29,202 nucleotides of DNA from a virus (IMGVR_UViG_3300037706_000026:1-29202); one strand, 5' to 3'; counted from the first letter of the stretch, positions 18,444 through 26,739 are shown. Numbers and translations are program-made. The notes: generated by a model from the sequence alone, not told the origin.

Positions 18444-19060
18444 CACGCCACCTTCTTCCGGATGATCGCGACACCGGGGTGGAACGCGATCGACGCGACT
18501 CCTGCCGCATGCCGCCCAGAGGGACCAGCCCCAGCGTGGCCGAAGTGAACGTCATCGGCCAGACGCTTCAAATACTCCATCGATGACAGCGAGCCCGGAC
18601 GGTTCCTCTGCGGGTTGGTTGGATCCCACCCCTGCCAGTCCTTGTGATACGAGACGTGCAGATCCTCGATGACGTAGAGGCCACCCGGGGCCACGCTGTC
18701 CCACAGCAGCACGAAAGTTGCGATGACATCCTTCGACAGGTGCGACCCGTCGTCAACGATCACATCGAACGGACCGAACTCGTTGGCGACCTTCTCGACC
18801 TCGCCGGTCGTCGCGTTCGCCTTGCGGAAGTGGACCCGCTCGACCGGTTCGGCAGGCTGGTTGATGTCCACGCCGACGACGATGGACTCCGGGTGAAGGT
18901 ACTCCCGCCACGTCCGCATCGACGCGCCCTCGTACCATCCGATCTCCAGCAGCTTCACCGGCACGTCGGCTGGGATCAGGGGCTCATAGATCCGGAGGTA
19001 GTCGTGTCCGTGGCTCGCCTTGTCAGTGCCGTGGTGGAAGCCGATCGCATCGAGGTTCAT
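18443..19060 (-). CDS. class I SAM-dependent methyltransferase (sugar O-methyltransferase-like)
   Basis: GTDK...HDY, LLEIG, VGVDI, FDVIVDDGSH, PGGLYVIEDL; TGATG-coupled start at 19060. Confidence 0.85.
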   Translation of the reverse strand: MNLDAIGFHHGTDKASHGHDYLRIYEPLIPADVPVKLLEIGWYEGASMRTWREYLHPESIVVGVDINQPAEPVERVHFRKANATTGEVEKVANEFGPFDVIVDDGSHLSKDVIATFVLLWDSVAPGGLYVIEDLHVSYHKDWQGWDPTNPQRNRPGSLSSMEYLKRLADDVHFGHAGAGPSGRHAAGVASIAFHPGVAIIRKKVA

Positions 19061-19851
19061 CACGCCTCCACGACCGGCCACGTCATCTTGGCGGCGGGGC
19101 GACGATCCGGGGACAGGATCGAAGGGGCCTGCCACCGTGTCTCGCGGCCCTTCAGGATCCACGAGTCGACCTCATAGATCCCCGTCAGCATGTCGCCGAC
19201 GTTCGCGGGCATCATCTCCATCGTGACGCCCTGGCGTACGAGGGACTGCACGTTGCGGGGGAGGCGGCAGTCCTTCGAGTTGAGGCACGCCTTCGCGTAC
19301 TCACACGCCAGGATCCCCGCGATCAGATCGCCACCAGCGGGCACCGGGACACCCTGCTGGACGGTGATCGACCACGTGCCGACCCCATCCTTCGAGGACA
19401 AGTTCTGGCACCCGGGCCATTCCTCACCGTCGATCCGCACGATCCGGTATCGGTCGTACTCAGCAACCGTGTCTTCGGGGGTCAGATCGACACCATCGAT
19501 CCTCACCCCGGTAACAGCCTCGACCGACGACAGCCGGATCTCCGAGACAGCTCCACCACAGCCACACTCACCCGGGCACGACCGGCACGACAGGTTGACC
19601 CACTGATCGTTGATCCGCCACGGAATGAACGGGGTCCCGATCGGCCACCCCCACGCGGTCCCGTTGCAGGTGCGGCGACACGGCCGGTAGGTGTTCTCAC
19701 ACACCCCGTACTGCTTTCCCGTGGCACGCCACAGGAAATCCACCGCATTTTTCTGCTGGATCTCCCATATCTGCGCATCGAGGCCGGAGACCTCCTCCAC
19801 GCAGCAGTCCTCACAAATCACCACCTCGGGCCAGCATGCCTGCAAGTTCAT
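19060..19851 (-). CDS. head-to-tail adaptor
   Basis: FLWRATGKQYGVC...RPC, CRLP...RQGV and TGIYEVDSWI motifs, as in cluster-B-like actinophages. Confidence 0.75.
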   Translation of the reverse strand: MNLQACWPEVVICEDCCVEEVSGLDAQIWEIQQKNAVDFLWRATGKQYGVCENTYRPCRRTCNGTAWGWPIGTPFIPWRINDQWVNLSCRSCPGECGCGGAVSEIRLSSVEAVTGVRIDGVDLTPEDTVAEYDRYRIVRIDGEEWPGCQNLSSKDGVGTWSITVQQGVPVPAGGDLIAGILACEYAKACLNSKDCRLPRNVQSLVRQGVTMEMMPANVGDMLTGIYEVDSWILKGRETRWQAPSILSPDRRPAAKMTWPVVEA

Positions 19852-20414
19852 GTCGTGATCCTCTCACTCTTTGACAGGGGATCGCCGTACCTCCGATATC
19901 GAAGGTAGTGCGGTGCGCAGTAGCCCTTTGCTTTGTGTTTCCCGTCGCATCCATCGATGGAGCAGATACCAGCCCGTTCGCGCTTCCACTCGCCCCGCTC
20001 CCATGCCAGTTTCGCATGTTCTGTTGGGCTGAGTGCCCGAAGGTGTTCCGGAGTGACACATGTCTTCGGGCAGGTCGGGAGATGGTCAACGTGCCAGCCG
20101 TCCGGCAGGGAGTCCAGGCCATTGGCGATGACGTACGCGGCTCGGTGCGCCCACCATGCTTTCCCGTGAAAGGCAAAGCATCCGTATCTCTTCTCTCCCG
20201 TTCTCCGGTTGGGAAGGCTTGTAGCGCCCGTCCAGATGCGGCCGTGCTCGGTCACGGTGGTGTTGCGAAGGAATCGCTGCTCGAATGTCTCAGATTGCTT
20301 GTCCCAGATCGGGTCATCCATAGGACGGCCCTTGCGTTTCCGGTAGTAGTGGGTGTGGCATAGCCCGGTTGCGAACGGCTTTCTGGGGCAGTCTTTCCAT
20401 GCGCATTGACTCAT
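19848..20414 (-). CDS. HNH homing endonuclease
   Basis: WTG...YG...AHRAAY...HVDH...CVTPEHL core flanked by two C-x4-C...C-x2-HY repeats. Confidence 0.85.
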   Translation of the reverse strand: MSQCAWKDCPRKPFATGLCHTHYYRKRKGRPMDDPIWDKQSETFEQRFLRNTTVTEHGRIWTGATSLPNRRTGEKRYGCFAFHGKAWWAHRAAYVIANGLDSLPDGWHVDHLPTCPKTCVTPEHLRALSPTEHAKLAWERGEWKRERAGICSIDGCDGKHKAKGYCAPHYLRYRRYGDPLSKSERITT

Positions 20415-20490
20415 GCAGCAATCATACATGCCCGTTTGGTTCAGAGATGACCGGATCCGGCCAGCACGCCGCAAGTTCGTTGACCATGCC

Positions 20491-21153
20491 TCAGCCCTTT
20501 CTCTGATGGTTGGGGCACTCGGAACCGGGCCACCCTGGAACGAAACTGGCGGGGTTCTCTGGTGGCACCGATCCTAGCCACCCCTCCGCCTCATGCCTGA
20601 CGGTTGTTCCGACCGGTGCCAGCTTCCGCAGATGCTCCACCTTCGACCACCAGTAGTTCCCGCCGTAGAACGGGATCTCGACCCGCGCGGGGTCGTCGGC
20701 CTTCGTCAGCCAGTGCACCCCGACCGTGTCGGCACCCATCCCGAGCATTGTGATAGCTGTACGGGCGTTGCGTACGACGTGGTGGGTCATGCAGTGGCGC
20801 CACCCCTCCGACACCGTCGAAGGGTGCGCCACCCCCTTGGAGTGGGCATACATGACGTACCCGTCGACACGACCGGCCATCACATCCCGGTGCAGCACGC
20901 CCAGGGTGCGTTGCTCGAACCCGGCACCCCACTCGTGCACGACACCATCGGGCAGGTACTCCCTGACGATGTCCCGGTTCGGGGCCGACCCGACGAGACC
21001 GAAGACCATCTCGTCGTAGACGACGCCGGATTGGTCGATGGCCCGGAAGTGTTCCCGCAGGAACCGGTCCAGAATGATCGGGTTCCCATCGGCGTACACG
21101 TGCAGGTAGTGCCTGACCGGGGGCCGGTCGGGCACACGGTCAGGCACTACCAC
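20491..21153 (-). CDS. putative glycosyltransferase-like protein
   Basis: FEQRTL, YAHSKG, FYGGNYWWS and RHEAEGWLG motifs recall RgpF-like/viral glycan-cluster proteins; function not certain. Confidence 0.55.
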   Translation of the reverse strand: MVVPDRVPDRPPVRHYLHVYADGNPIILDRFLREHFRAIDQSGVVYDEMVFGLVGSAPNRDIVREYLPDGVVHEWGAGFEQRTLGVLHRDVMAGRVDGYVMYAHSKGVAHPSTVSEGWRHCMTHHVVRNARTAITMLGMGADTVGVHWLTKADDPARVEIPFYGGNYWWSKVEHLRKLAPVGTTVRHEAEGWLGSVPPENPASFVPGWPGSECPNHQRKG

Positions 21154-21157
21154 CGGA

Positions 21158-21871
21158 TCACTCCGTCAGGATCCAGCCGTTGTCCGCTGTCGCGGGCACA
21201 CAGCCGTTGGTGAGGGCAGGCGGCGGGACCTCCGTCGACATGATCCGGGCCAGCGCGCCAGTCTGGATCGGGTCGAGCAGCGGACCAGCCGTGTCGGTCT
21301 CATCGAGCTGTACGGCGTACGGGCCGGTACCCCAGGCGTGCTGCCCGGAAGCGGTCCCGACGAGGGTGATGGACGAGATGGTGTCGATGCCACCCCACTC
21401 CAGGTTCTCACCGAGCTGCCAGCCGCTGACACACGGGACGACGTTGTAGCCGTACCGGGCACCAGCGCCACAGTCGATCCCGGCCACCCCGGTCCACACC
21501 TCGAACCCGGTGTTGGCCTCGGTGGCACCCTCCATGATGTCGAACCCGACACCCTGACCGGCTGCGTCCCGCACGACCGGCCAGCCGGTCAGCATCGAGA
21601 CAGCCTCCGACCGGACCTGACACATCGTCAGGCTGACGGTGATGTCCTGGAGAAGGTCCCGGTCCTTCTCGTTGAGGCACAGGTCACCGTTCGCCTTACG
21701 CTCCAGCGCCCGTTCCCCCTCCTCAACGTTCGGCTCCAGCGACACGATCGTGAAGCTGTCGAACACGTACAGAGCGCACTCCGTACCGGACGGCGGCGGG
21801 GTGCAGCAGTCTTCGAGCTGGGTCACACGGATCGTGCGACCCCTGAACGGCTTGAATACTTGGTCAACCAT
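21158..21871 (-). CDS. major tail protein
   Basis: RGRTIRVTQLEDCC, RKANGDLC, FEVW and WGTGPYAV motifs; GGAGG SD. Confidence 0.8.
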   Translation of the reverse strand: MVDQVFKPFRGRTIRVTQLEDCCTPPPSGTECALYVFDSFTIVSLEPNVEEGERALERKANGDLCLNEKDRDLLQDITVSLTMCQVRSEAVSMLTGWPVVRDAAGQGVGFDIMEGATEANTGFEVWTGVAGIDCGAGARYGYNVVPCVSGWQLGENLEWGGIDTISSITLVGTASGQHAWGTGPYAVQLDETDTAGPLLDPIQTGALARIMSTEVPPPALTNGCVPATADNGWILTE

Positions 21872-21880
21872 CGGGTCCTC

Positions 21881-22711
21881 CTAGCAGGCCGTGGCGGCGG
21901 TAGAGGCAGCCGCGAAGACTGCACAGGTGGAGAACGCAGCCATGCCGACTTGCTCACGACGCGCGTTGGAGTTGTTGTTGGACCGGTTGATATCGGCGGC
22001 GGTGAACGACGCGCCGACACCGGCCCACACGGCGGTCGTGGCGTACGCGTACAGCGCTTCCCCGTCCGCAGGCGGAACACCGGTGCCATCAGCGACCGGG
22101 GCGCGGCCGTCGAATCCTGCGTCGATGATGACCGGGGCACCGGTGACGGTGCGCCACCGTGCCCCGTCCCGCCACAGGACCCGCTCCGCGAGAGCGATCG
22201 TGGCGAACCCGATGGACATCATGACTACCCCACCCCGGCCGCTGTTCGCGGCGTTGAGGGATGCCTCCAGACACGCCAGCGCCTCAGCGACCGACGCGAA
22301 GTCGGCCCCCAGGTCGGTGGCCGTGTTGACGAGTGCCGGGTTCTCCTGGTCGGTCTGGTTGTCGCGGAGCGACGCCTCACCGGTCAGCAGCTCCCGAGCC
22401 AGCGCGAACGATGCGGTACGCGGCCCCTCGACCTCCGCGATACGCGGGACATCGAGCCCGCCCATCGTGGAGCACTCGACAGCCTGGATCAGGTCGACAC
22501 TGCGGAACGCACCGGCGGTCTCGGCGCGCTGTGTTGGCTTCAGGTCTTCCCCGCTGGGGCACTGCCCCATCACGACCGGCGACAGACAGTTGGGGTCGAT
22601 GAACTCGATCCCGCCCCGCTGCCAACCATCCGGGAGAGCGAGGGCCTGCGACAGCAGACCCTCGCTCGACGGGGAAGGCTGCGTCATGGTCACCGCGATC
22701 GGTGTAGCCAT
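21881..22711 (-). CDS. second capsid protein (pentamer-type of cluster-B-like phages)
   Basis: 276 aa directly after the large capsid gene; WQRGGIEF and DINRSNN...RE motifs. Confidence 0.6.
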   Translation of the reverse strand: MATPIAVTMTQPSPSSEGLLSQALALPDGWQRGGIEFIDPNCLSPVVMGQCPSGEDLKPTQRAETAGAFRSVDLIQAVECSTMGGLDVPRIAEVEGPRTASFALARELLTGEASLRDNQTDQENPALVNTATDLGADFASVAEALACLEASLNAANSGRGGVVMMSIGFATIALAERVLWRDGARWRTVTGAPVIIDAGFDGRAPVADGTGVPPADGEALYAYATTAVWAGVGASFTAADINRSNNNSNARREQVGMAAFSTCAVFAAASTAATAC

Positions 22712-22747
22712 GTCAGCTCCCTTCCCTTAGTTGTCGTCGTTCCCGGA

Positions 22748-24391
22748 TCAGGCGCAGCCGCAGGCGCGCTCGTACGCCAGCTCGAACCGGTACGAGGAGC
22801 AGCCACGGAAAGCCGTCTTCTCGAAGGTCTCCGCGAACGCCTGACGGTTGTTGACGGCGTTGAGGGCGGAGTCGGTGATCTCGGTACCGAGGTCGAGGGT
22901 GCCGCCGTCCAGGAAGAACCAGGCGTCCTCCGGGTACACGTACACCGTCGCGTTCGGCAGGGTGCCGACCGTCTCGGGGATGTTGTGGTCGCCGGTCCCG
23001 TCGTTGACGGTGCCGTCCTCAGTCCACACCGCGCGGGCGCCGATCTCGGACAGCCAGCCGGAGATCACACCGTCCGCGAGCTGGATCGTCTCCACGTTGT
23101 TGGCGATCCCCAGGTTGCGGATCACCTGGTTGCGGAGCTGGGTGCGGACGTAGGAGTCGGTCAGCACGATGTAGGTGCCGGACAGCTTCCGCTGAATCGC
23201 ACGGTCCGACGCGATGATCGAGTTCACGTTCGACAGGAAGTTGTCGATCACGTTGTTGCCAGTCGCGTCAGCGACGACACCCGTGGAGCCCTCGTGGATC
23301 TCCACGATCGACTTCTGCTCTGCCGCCCGGTCGTGCGCAGCGAGGAGCAGCTCCAGACGCGACGCCCAGAACTCCGGGCTGAACCGGGCCTGGAAGTTGC
23401 CGATGGTCAGACAGCGAACGACCGCGTCGACCTCGGCGTTCAGCTCGTCGGGGCACTCGACCGGGGGACAGGGCTTGGTGAGCCCGGACGCGATGGCGCC
23501 CGCGTCCATCTCGGCGGTCCAGATCGACACGCCGCCCTCGACGTCACCCATGCCGGCGGACGGGTGGTAGCCGACCTGCCCACGGGAAGCGTTGAACTGG
23601 GCCAGGGAGTCACGGACCGGACGTCCACGCTCCGCACAGATCGGGTGCGAGTGGTCGACGTCTCCGGGACCACACAGGCCACCAGCAGCAGTCTGGGGCC
23701 GGGTGGCCTCGCCGTAGCCGAACACGTCGATCAGGCGACGGTTGTTCTGGTCGGCGTTGTTCCCGAGCTGACGGGACTCGTCGTAGTCCTTCGTGAGGGA
23801 GAACAGCTTGGTCGGCAGATTGCGCTGCGTGATGGACTTCGAGTGGGTCGCGAAAAGCTGACCCAGGTCGTTCATCGTGCCTTCGCCGACGTTGAACGAC
23901 GCGGCGACACCGACGCCCCGGTAGTGGACAGACGGCACGGTGCGTACTTCCTCGTCGGCGGTCTTGGTGCGGGCGGCGGACTGGGCCTTCAGCCGGGTGA
24001 CGAGATCCGAGACGGTCGCAGCCGCAACGGGCTCCTTCTCCTCGGCAGGCTTCTCGGCGTCAGCCTCCGGAGCCTTCTCGGCGGCCTTGTCCTCCGCCTT
24101 CTCGGCGGGCTTCTCCTCCGCCTTCTCCTCATCGAAGATGCCGGTACGGAGGGCCTTCAGCTCCTCCTCCAACTCGGCGGCGGCGGCCTCGCGCTTGGTG
24201 CTCTCCTCGGCGAGCTTGTCGATGGCCTCGCGGAGAGTCTTCGCGAGCGCGATGGACTCCTTGTCGCGGGAGGCACCCGGCTTGGTGACCTCATCGAGCG
24301 CTTCGCGGATGTCGGCGGCGGCCTTCTCCAACTCGGCGTCGGTCGGGGGGTTGTCGCCCTCCAGGCGGGACAAAATTTGCGTGGGGTCCAT
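22748..24391 (-). CDS. major capsid protein with N-terminal scaffold-like domain (hexamer-type)
   Basis: 547 aa; N-terminal coiled coil, TAAGGLCGP, KPCPPVECP, GGTLDLG...DSALN...N...FAE motifs; AAGGAGG SD. Confidence 0.85.
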   Translation of the reverse strand: MDPTQILSRLEGDNPPTDAELEKAAADIREALDEVTKPGASRDKESIALAKTLREAIDKLAEESTKREAAAAELEEELKALRTGIFDEEKAEEKPAEKAEDKAAEKAPEADAEKPAEEKEPVAAATVSDLVTRLKAQSAARTKTADEEVRTVPSVHYRGVGVAASFNVGEGTMNDLGQLFATHSKSITQRNLPTKLFSLTKDYDESRQLGNNADQNNRRLIDVFGYGEATRPQTAAGGLCGPGDVDHSHPICAERGRPVRDSLAQFNASRGQVGYHPSAGMGDVEGGVSIWTAEMDAGAIASGLTKPCPPVECPDELNAEVDAVVRCLTIGNFQARFSPEFWASRLELLLAAHDRAAEQKSIVEIHEGSTGVVADATGNNVIDNFLSNVNSIIASDRAIQRKLSGTYIVLTDSYVRTQLRNQVIRNLGIANNVETIQLADGVISGWLSEIGARAVWTEDGTVNDGTGDHNIPETVGTLPNATVYVYPEDAWFFLDGGTLDLGTEITDSALNAVNNRQAFAETFEKTAFRGCSSYRFELAYERACGCA

Positions 24392-24456
24392 GAGAACCCT
24401 CCTTTAGAAGTGTGAAGAAACGACTAGAGAAAGGCCCCTATGGAACCAATGGTGAC

Positions 24457-24465
24457 AGAGTAACA
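24457..24465 (-). promoter_or_regulatory. possible extended -10 promoter for the capsid operon
   Basis: TG-T-TACTCT on the minus strand about 65 nt upstream of the capsid ATG; no clear -35. Confidence 0.4.
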
Positions 24466-24476
24466 GGCGTGACGGT

Positions 24477-24485
24477 TGATAGAAT
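24477..24485 (+). promoter_or_regulatory. possible extended -10 promoter for the HNH gene
   Basis: TG-A-TAGAAT followed by a structured leader. Confidence 0.5.
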
Positions 24486-24547
24486 GTAGAAGCCTCCGCG
24501 ACGGTGCGAACGTCCGGAGGCGTGGTCACACTGACAAGGAGTGCAAC

Positions 24548-25033
24548 ATGGACGATCGTACCCTGACGCGGTTCCTCGCGTACGTCGCGAACGACGACAA
24601 CGGGTGTTGGATCTGGCAGGGATATCGGAACCCTGGCGGCTATGGCATGTTCGGCGGGCTGCGCCGTGGACTGGCGCATCGGTTCTCGTACGAACACTAC
24701 GTAGGGCCGATTCCTGCAGGCCTCCAGATGGATCACCTTTGCAACGTGCCTGCATGCGTAAATCCGGCCCACCTCGAACCGGTGACGCGCAAGGAGAACA
24801 TGCGGAGAGCCCACGAGCGCAGGGAGCGGAACGGGCTCTATCTGTACTCCGGCGTTGCTGAGGCGAATGGGACCAAGACGCATTGCGTCAACGGGCACGA
24901 GTTGACGCCTGAGAATGTCTACTACGAGAAGTCGAACAAGTCTTCTGCTCTTGGCCCTGCTCGTAAGTGCCGCGCCTGTCGTGCTCGCCGGAGGCGGGAG
25001 TACAACGAACGACAGAGAACCCCGGTTAGTTGA
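24548..25033 (+). CDS. HNH homing endonuclease
   Basis: GCWIWQG...GYG...AHRFSY...MDHLC...CVNPAHLEPVT...EN core plus KTHCVNGHE...CRAC; AAGGAG SD. Confidence 0.9.
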   Translation: MDDRTLTRFLAYVANDDNGCWIWQGYRNPGGYGMFGGLRRGLAHRFSYEHYVGPIPAGLQMDHLCNVPACVNPAHLEPVTRKENMRRAHERRERNGLYLYSGVAEANGTKTHCVNGHELTPENVYYEKSNKSSALGPARKCRACRARRRREYNERQRTPVS

Positions 25034-25058
25034 CACGGCAGATTCGGTGTGTCATGAT
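25030..25058 (+). promoter_or_regulatory. sigma-A type leaderless promoter of the early family
   Basis: TTGACA, 17 nt, CATGAT, 6 nt, ATG 25065. Confidence 0.7.
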
Positions 25059-25064
25059 TACTCC

Positions 25065-25433
25065 ATGACCACACCACGCATCCTGAAGGTCGTCCGAGAC
25101 CTTGCTGTACTCGGACCCATCGCCCTGTTCTCTGTCGCCTCCGTCGTCGGCACGGTCGCCGCCGCCAACCCCACCGACGCCAAGACCTTGGACGCCAACC
25201 GCCCCCAGAACGCCCCGTCGTTCGAGACCCACGAGGCAGCCGCACAGGTCGTCTGTGGTGGCTCGGTCCTGGAGTCCGGCAACGACATCGTCGCCGGACA
25301 CGTCATCGTTGTCCCCCTCAACGGCAAGGTGGTCCGCATGGACACCACCGAAGCATGGGGTCGGGTCCGCTCGGACACCACCGCAGACGACGTGTGGGTC
25401 ATCGGCGTCTGCAAGAAGGATGTGCAGTGGTGA
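25065..25433 (+). CDS. secreted or membrane-anchored protein (122 aa)
   Basis: Basic N-terminus, hydrophobic stretch and VAAA cleavage-like site; two Cys. Confidence 0.7.
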   Translation: MTTPRILKVVRDLAVLGPIALFSVASVVGTVAAANPTDAKTLDANRPQNAPSFETHEAAAQVVCGGSVLESGNDIVAGHVIVVPLNGKVVRMDTTEAWGRVRSDTTADDVWVIGVCKKDVQW

Positions 25434-25798
25434 TGACCACCGACCTGAACATCTACGCACCGAGCCCCGGGATCTACATGGTCTCGTGCCCGTACTGCAA
25501 CGCCGACTCTGGCGGGAAGTGCCACACCGAGAGTGGCAAGGAACGCGACCCGCACGTGGTCCGCTGGCAGCGGTACGGGCGCATGCGGCGCACCCGCGAG
25601 ATGTGGTTCGTCCTGCGGGAGGATGACCCCCAGTTCAAGCTCGAAGCCGGAGACATCCTCCGCTGCATCAACTATCCGTACGACGCGAAGGTGTCTGTTC
25701 TGTTCCGCGAGTGGGATGGATACGTTCCCGAGTGCAGCCAGTACACCCACAGCGTGGCGCTCCTCGGGTTCGTCCCATATGACATGGAGGCGGCGTGA
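25433..25798 (+). CDS. hypothetical protein with zinc-finger-like N-terminus
   Basis: CPYCNADSGGKC...PHVVR; TGATG coupling. Confidence 0.7.
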   Translation: MTTDLNIYAPSPGIYMVSCPYCNADSGGKCHTESGKERDPHVVRWQRYGRMRRTREMWFVLREDDPQFKLEAGDILRCINYPYDAKVSVLFREWDGYVPECSQYTHSVALLGFVPYDMEAA

Positions 25799-25926
25799 TG
25801 GCTCAGCGACCGTTGCAAACGTGCCCCCGTACCGAACGCGTCATGGACGGAGTCGACTCGAAGGGTCGGCCGAAGTGGCGCACCATCCAGTGCCGCATCT
25901 GCGGCGGAAACGGATTCACGAAATGA
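25798..25926 (+). CDS. small basic protein (42 aa, absent from the ORF track)
   Basis: MAQRPLQTCPR...CRICGGNGFTK; GGAGG SD; TGATG and ATGA overlaps. Confidence 0.55.
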   Translation: MAQRPLQTCPRTERVMDGVDSKGRPKWRTIQCRICGGNGFTK

Positions 25927-26189
25927 AGGTCTACGGCACCATGCTCCTCGCCGCCGAATGGTGGCCCACAGAGTCACGTCAGCCGCGCGTTGTCATCGCC
26001 GCGAATTCGAAGGCCGAAGCTGCCCGCGCGCTGGGCCTCACCCTCAACTCGTTCAACCAGTACGGGAGCGAGACGAGGAACACCCATGAGGTCGCTGCCG
26101 CGATGCTCCGCCCCGGGGTCCCGTTCGTGCAGAAGGCAGAGAGCGGGCCAGACCAACGGGTCTACACGGCACTGGAGAACTGGCCGTGA
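25923..26189 (+). CDS. hypothetical protein (88 aa)
   Basis: ATGA overlap start MKVYG; VIAANSKAEAARALG. Confidence 0.65.
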   Translation: MKVYGTMLLAAEWWPTESRQPRVVIAANSKAEAARALGLTLNSFNQYGSETRNTHEVAAAMLRPGVPFVQKAESGPDQRVYTALENWP

Positions 26190-26395
26190 TCCGCGCGAAG
26201 TTCGTTGGTGGCCCGAAGCGATACCAGGGCATCCACCAACTCGGCAGGACGCCAGAGCTGCTGATTCTCACCATGGGCGATGAGCACCACATCTACCAGC
26301 GGGTCATCGACCCCGACACAGGAGACTTCACCGAGGTGTATGAATTCCACTCCACCCGATACGGCACCGACGAAGCGTTGGAGTTCCCCTCATGA
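26186..26395 (+). CDS. hypothetical protein (69 aa)
   Basis: GTGA overlap, GGAG SD, FVGGP motif. Confidence 0.6.
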   Translation: MIRAKFVGGPKRYQGIHQLGRTPELLILTMGDEHHIYQRVIDPDTGDFTEVYEFHSTRYGTDEALEFPS

Positions 26396-26487
26396 GCGAC
26401 GTTGAGATCGCCGTATGGGCGTTCGTAATCAGTGCGGTCGTGTCCCTGCTGGTCTCGGGTGTCCTGTGGTCGGTGATGAAGAAATGA
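26392..26487 (+). CDS. 31-aa transmembrane peptide
   Basis: MSDVEIAVWAFVISAVVSLLVSGVLWSVMKK; ATGA overlaps. Confidence 0.55.
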   Translation: MSDVEIAVWAFVISAVVSLLVSGVLWSVMKK

Positions 26488-26576
26488 ATGGGCTGCATCA
26501 GCTCGCCATGGTGTTCCTGATCAGTCTCACGATCGGTGCCCTGCTCACGGCCGGGTTCTTGGCGGTGATCCTGTGA
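26484..26576 (+). CDS. 30-aa transmembrane peptide
   Basis: MNGLHQLAMVFLISLTIGALLTAGFLAVIL; ATGA and GTGA overlaps. Confidence 0.5.
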   Translation: MNGLHQLAMVFLISLTIGALLTAGFLAVIL

Positions 26577-26731
26577 GGCTCGAACCGGAGGAGCGGCCCC
26601 CGCTGACCTGGGTCGATGATCTGATCACCTCGTTTGCCGTGTTCGTCGTGATCGCGGCGTTCTGCCTAGGAGGCTTCGCGGTCTTGCTGATCATCGGCGT
26701 CATCGGCAAGTTCCTCGGGATCTGGTCCTGA
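26573..26731 (+). CDS. 52-aa membrane peptide
   Basis: MRLEPEERPPLTWVDDLITSFAVFVVIAAFCLGGFAVLLIIGVIGKFLGIWS; ends just before the hairpin. Confidence 0.55.
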   Translation: MRLEPEERPPLTWVDDLITSFAVFVVIAAFCLGGFAVLLIIGVIGKFLGIWS

Positions 26732-26739
26732 GCATGGAA

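Noticed and set aside
18443-19060. Methyltransferase as a DNA methylase or restriction-modification component
   Set aside because: No DPPY/NPPY or PC catalytic motif; the motifs fit small-molecule or sugar O-methyltransferases.
21338-24415. 1025-aa + strand ORF
   Set aside because: Antisense shadow of the capsid and tail genes caused by high-GC codon bias; no motifs or SD.
19848-25033. HNH genes as intron- or intein-encoded
   Set aside because: Flanking genes look intact and I saw no group I intron or intein features; both appear free-standing.
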